This document shows positions 61,623-64,000 of a stretch of 64,000 nt of DNA, piece after piece. The stretch spans positions 63,054,001 through 63,118,000 of the forward strand of contig CM060734.1 of NCBI GenBank assembly GCA_030704615.1. The letters are read 5' to 3'. Each line of letters starts with the position of its first letter. Positions within the stretch are counted from its first letter, which is position 1. The notes beneath the pieces were generated by a model. It ran no database searches and was not told the DNA's origin. It saw only the letters and a list, made by a program, of their open reading frames with translations. This DNA is from Takakia lepidozioides. Lineage: Eukaryota > Plantae > Bryophyta. The position numbers and the translations under genes are program-made.

Positions 61623-64000
61623 CAGAACAGCCCTGGAAATTTATTAATGGGAATTTTTAGAACATGGAGGAAAAAATAACCTCCGGGGCCGTGAAGGCGC
61701 GAAACACATGGGGAACTTCCCTGGACGTCTTATAACCCTTAAACGCCCAGTAGCCCGTTTCAGGCTTTTGGGTTTAAAAAAATCTGAATAACTTTTTGCA
61801 TTCTCCATGGAATTGTGTGAAAACAAAATATAGTGTTCTTGGGCACCTGGCACACCAAGATTCATTGCCCGATTGCCTCGGATCTGCCAAGTTGCAAAGA
61901 GGTCTCAGGGGGGTCACGATTTGATAAAGGTAATTCTCGTTGTTTCATTCTTCGCACGCGTGTGAGAGAGGGAGAGAAACATGGGATTTTCCCAGGTTTG
62001 ACCAAGTGGCAACATCACATGCATTGGCCAAATTGGATACTTTTTGGATTGTTGGATGAGGGATCTCAAGGGGATGGAACCCTGCTAATTTCGCCTCAAT
62101 CCCATTTGATCCCGTCACTCAAATCTTTAAAAAATTACCAAAAATGGATATGTTTCTCAAAAGAGCCCCAATAATGGGGCCCACATTCAACGGTGGCATT
62201 TGTGGATCTGGGGCTGATTGGCCTCAAATTCGGCAGGTGGCTGCAGGAGGAAGGTACGCGCCTAATGTGCGGTCAAGTTCTTTAAAAAGTTAATTTTCTG
62301 AAAGTTACACCTTTTTTTCACTTAAGGGGTCATGTTTTCTGAAAAAGTCAAACTATGGCACTGGGCGTTTAAGGGATAATAAAGTTAACCAGGGCTGCGA
62401 TCCCCCTGTTAACCAAAAAAGAAAAAAGAAATCCCTGATAAGCACAAGAGAGGGGATTGGGACATTTTCCCCCCACTCATCTTTTCCTCTTACAGTTTCC
62501 CCCTTCAACTTTCCCTCCAGCTTTTCATAGCAAGGGATTATTAGTTGGAATGTTGCACTTTCCCTCCAAGTTTCCCTCTGATAAACGTGCCAAAGGGGTT
62601 CTTTTAAGGGTTTTCTATTTTCCATTTGTCAGGGGCCTCTAAGGAGGGAAAAATTGGAACATATCCTCTTCCCAATAGAGGGGAAGTCCTAAAAGCTCCT
62701 TGTGAAGATTTAACTGATCCACTGTTATAACCCGACAATGATCGTGGCATTCACAGGCTCTTTAATTTTGTGGCCTCAAGATTAGAGTTTGTTTTGAAAT
62801 TCAGAAAAGCCTGGATGGTGCACGAGTTCTGCAGATCAGTCTCTGCTGATCACAGCATGTAAGTCTACAAACCGATGAGTTCTTACCTCAGGAATGATTC
62901 ACGTAGTATTGAGTATTATGTGTTATGAGGAGAAATCAGTTCCTTTAAGAGATTGAATTGGAGAATGGAGAATGGATATTAATTTTAGGGGGTTTGGAAT
63001 TTTTTTTCAAAAGAGATGAGCCCTTTAATTTGTTTTACTGTTCAAGATGTACACACGGTTGGTATCCGCGTGCCTAACAACCAAGAATCTGCTATTGATC
63101 AGTGTGACGAATTAGAAAAGAACTTATGAATTGTCAACTGCAAAAAATTTCCACAGTAATGCAAAAATGGAGTCCTGCTTCCCCCCTTAGAAGTTGCAGA
63201 TTCATGCTCAGCTACATCCAGACAAGACTCCAACATAAATCGGTAAACAGATTTATAACTCAAAAATGGAGTGTCAAACTGATTTGTAACCAGAAATCAA
63301 GAATCAGCTCAATATGTACACTGTAACTTCTTAAGCCCTTGGAGCCTTAAGCTTCAGAATTCATGTGTAATTCACTAGAGCTACACTGGATCTCATCTTG
63401 CTCAAGCATGACTGTCTTCACTATCTCAACATAGCTCGACTAATCGTGATGTTTCCCCTCTTGGCAAAATGAATCAGAGCCTCACAGTATGAATTCCCTA
63501 GTGAATTTCAAGTAGTGCAAACCGATTACTCAGCAACGATGTACTCCATGAAGCTTGCGTTGTCGAAATCGGCGTGCTTGTACACGCTTCTGGAGCTCCT
63601 GTCTGTAACATTCGTAGAGCACCCAACTCCGTCCCTCCAATCGTAGAAGATCATTTCTGGATCGTGAATAGTCTTAGGACGCTCCTCAACCTTGGTCTTG
63701 CCCTTCCCGTTCCCAAGCTTCTGCTTTTTGCACGACATCCCTGCCGCTTCACCTATATTCCTTTTGACATGTATCGATCCCTCCTTGATTGCGATTTCTA
63801 GTTGCAGTTCTGAATTTTCCCAAGGGCACGGTCCGCTTCCTTGCAGGTGGCACCCGCTTCTTCGGAGCTGGCTCCTTGGATATGATCGTAGGCGTTTTCA
63901 CTCTCGGAATCTCACAAGGACGCTCTATACGCCTCTCCTTCTTTGCGTTCCAGCTAGCCTTTGCCACGGATTTCAGCCCTCGGGTCTTCTTTACTTCTGT

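Noticed and set aside
63526-63967. Basic ORF fragments at the window end
   Set aside because: Short, broken and truncated by the window edge, with no recognisable domain.

Overview
Repeat-dominated window from a eukaryotic nuclear genome. A PLS-class PPR fragment, SnRK1-alpha exons, GT-AG introns and plant-type LTR/DNA transposons point to a land plant, probably a non-seed plant (inference). About half the window (17.9-47.9 kb) is a nest of four related Ty3/Gypsy elements. One is structurally complete (30437-43436: two LTRs, AGGAG TSD, tRNA-Arg-like PBS, PPT) and carries extra ORFs both 5' of gag and 3' of pol. Remnants of Ty1/Copia, hAT, CACTA and a PHD-finger Gypsy are also present, and there is a 500-N gap. 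The most unusual feature is a mobile unit at ~4667-12528. It carries a spliced, frameshifted gene for a ParB/Srx-like domain (FYVWDGNHR) fused to a beta-class N4C/N6A DNA methyltransferase-like domain (LDIPDG ... ILDLTCGTG). Two tandem arrays of long palindromes accompany it, one upstream (85-bp units) and one in an intron (95-bp units), sharing the core GGAAATTCGGCGCC. A second, divergent member with the same 20-bp terminus and palindrome core has inserted into a young Gypsy element at 25608. All domain calls are from motif recognition only; no searches were run.
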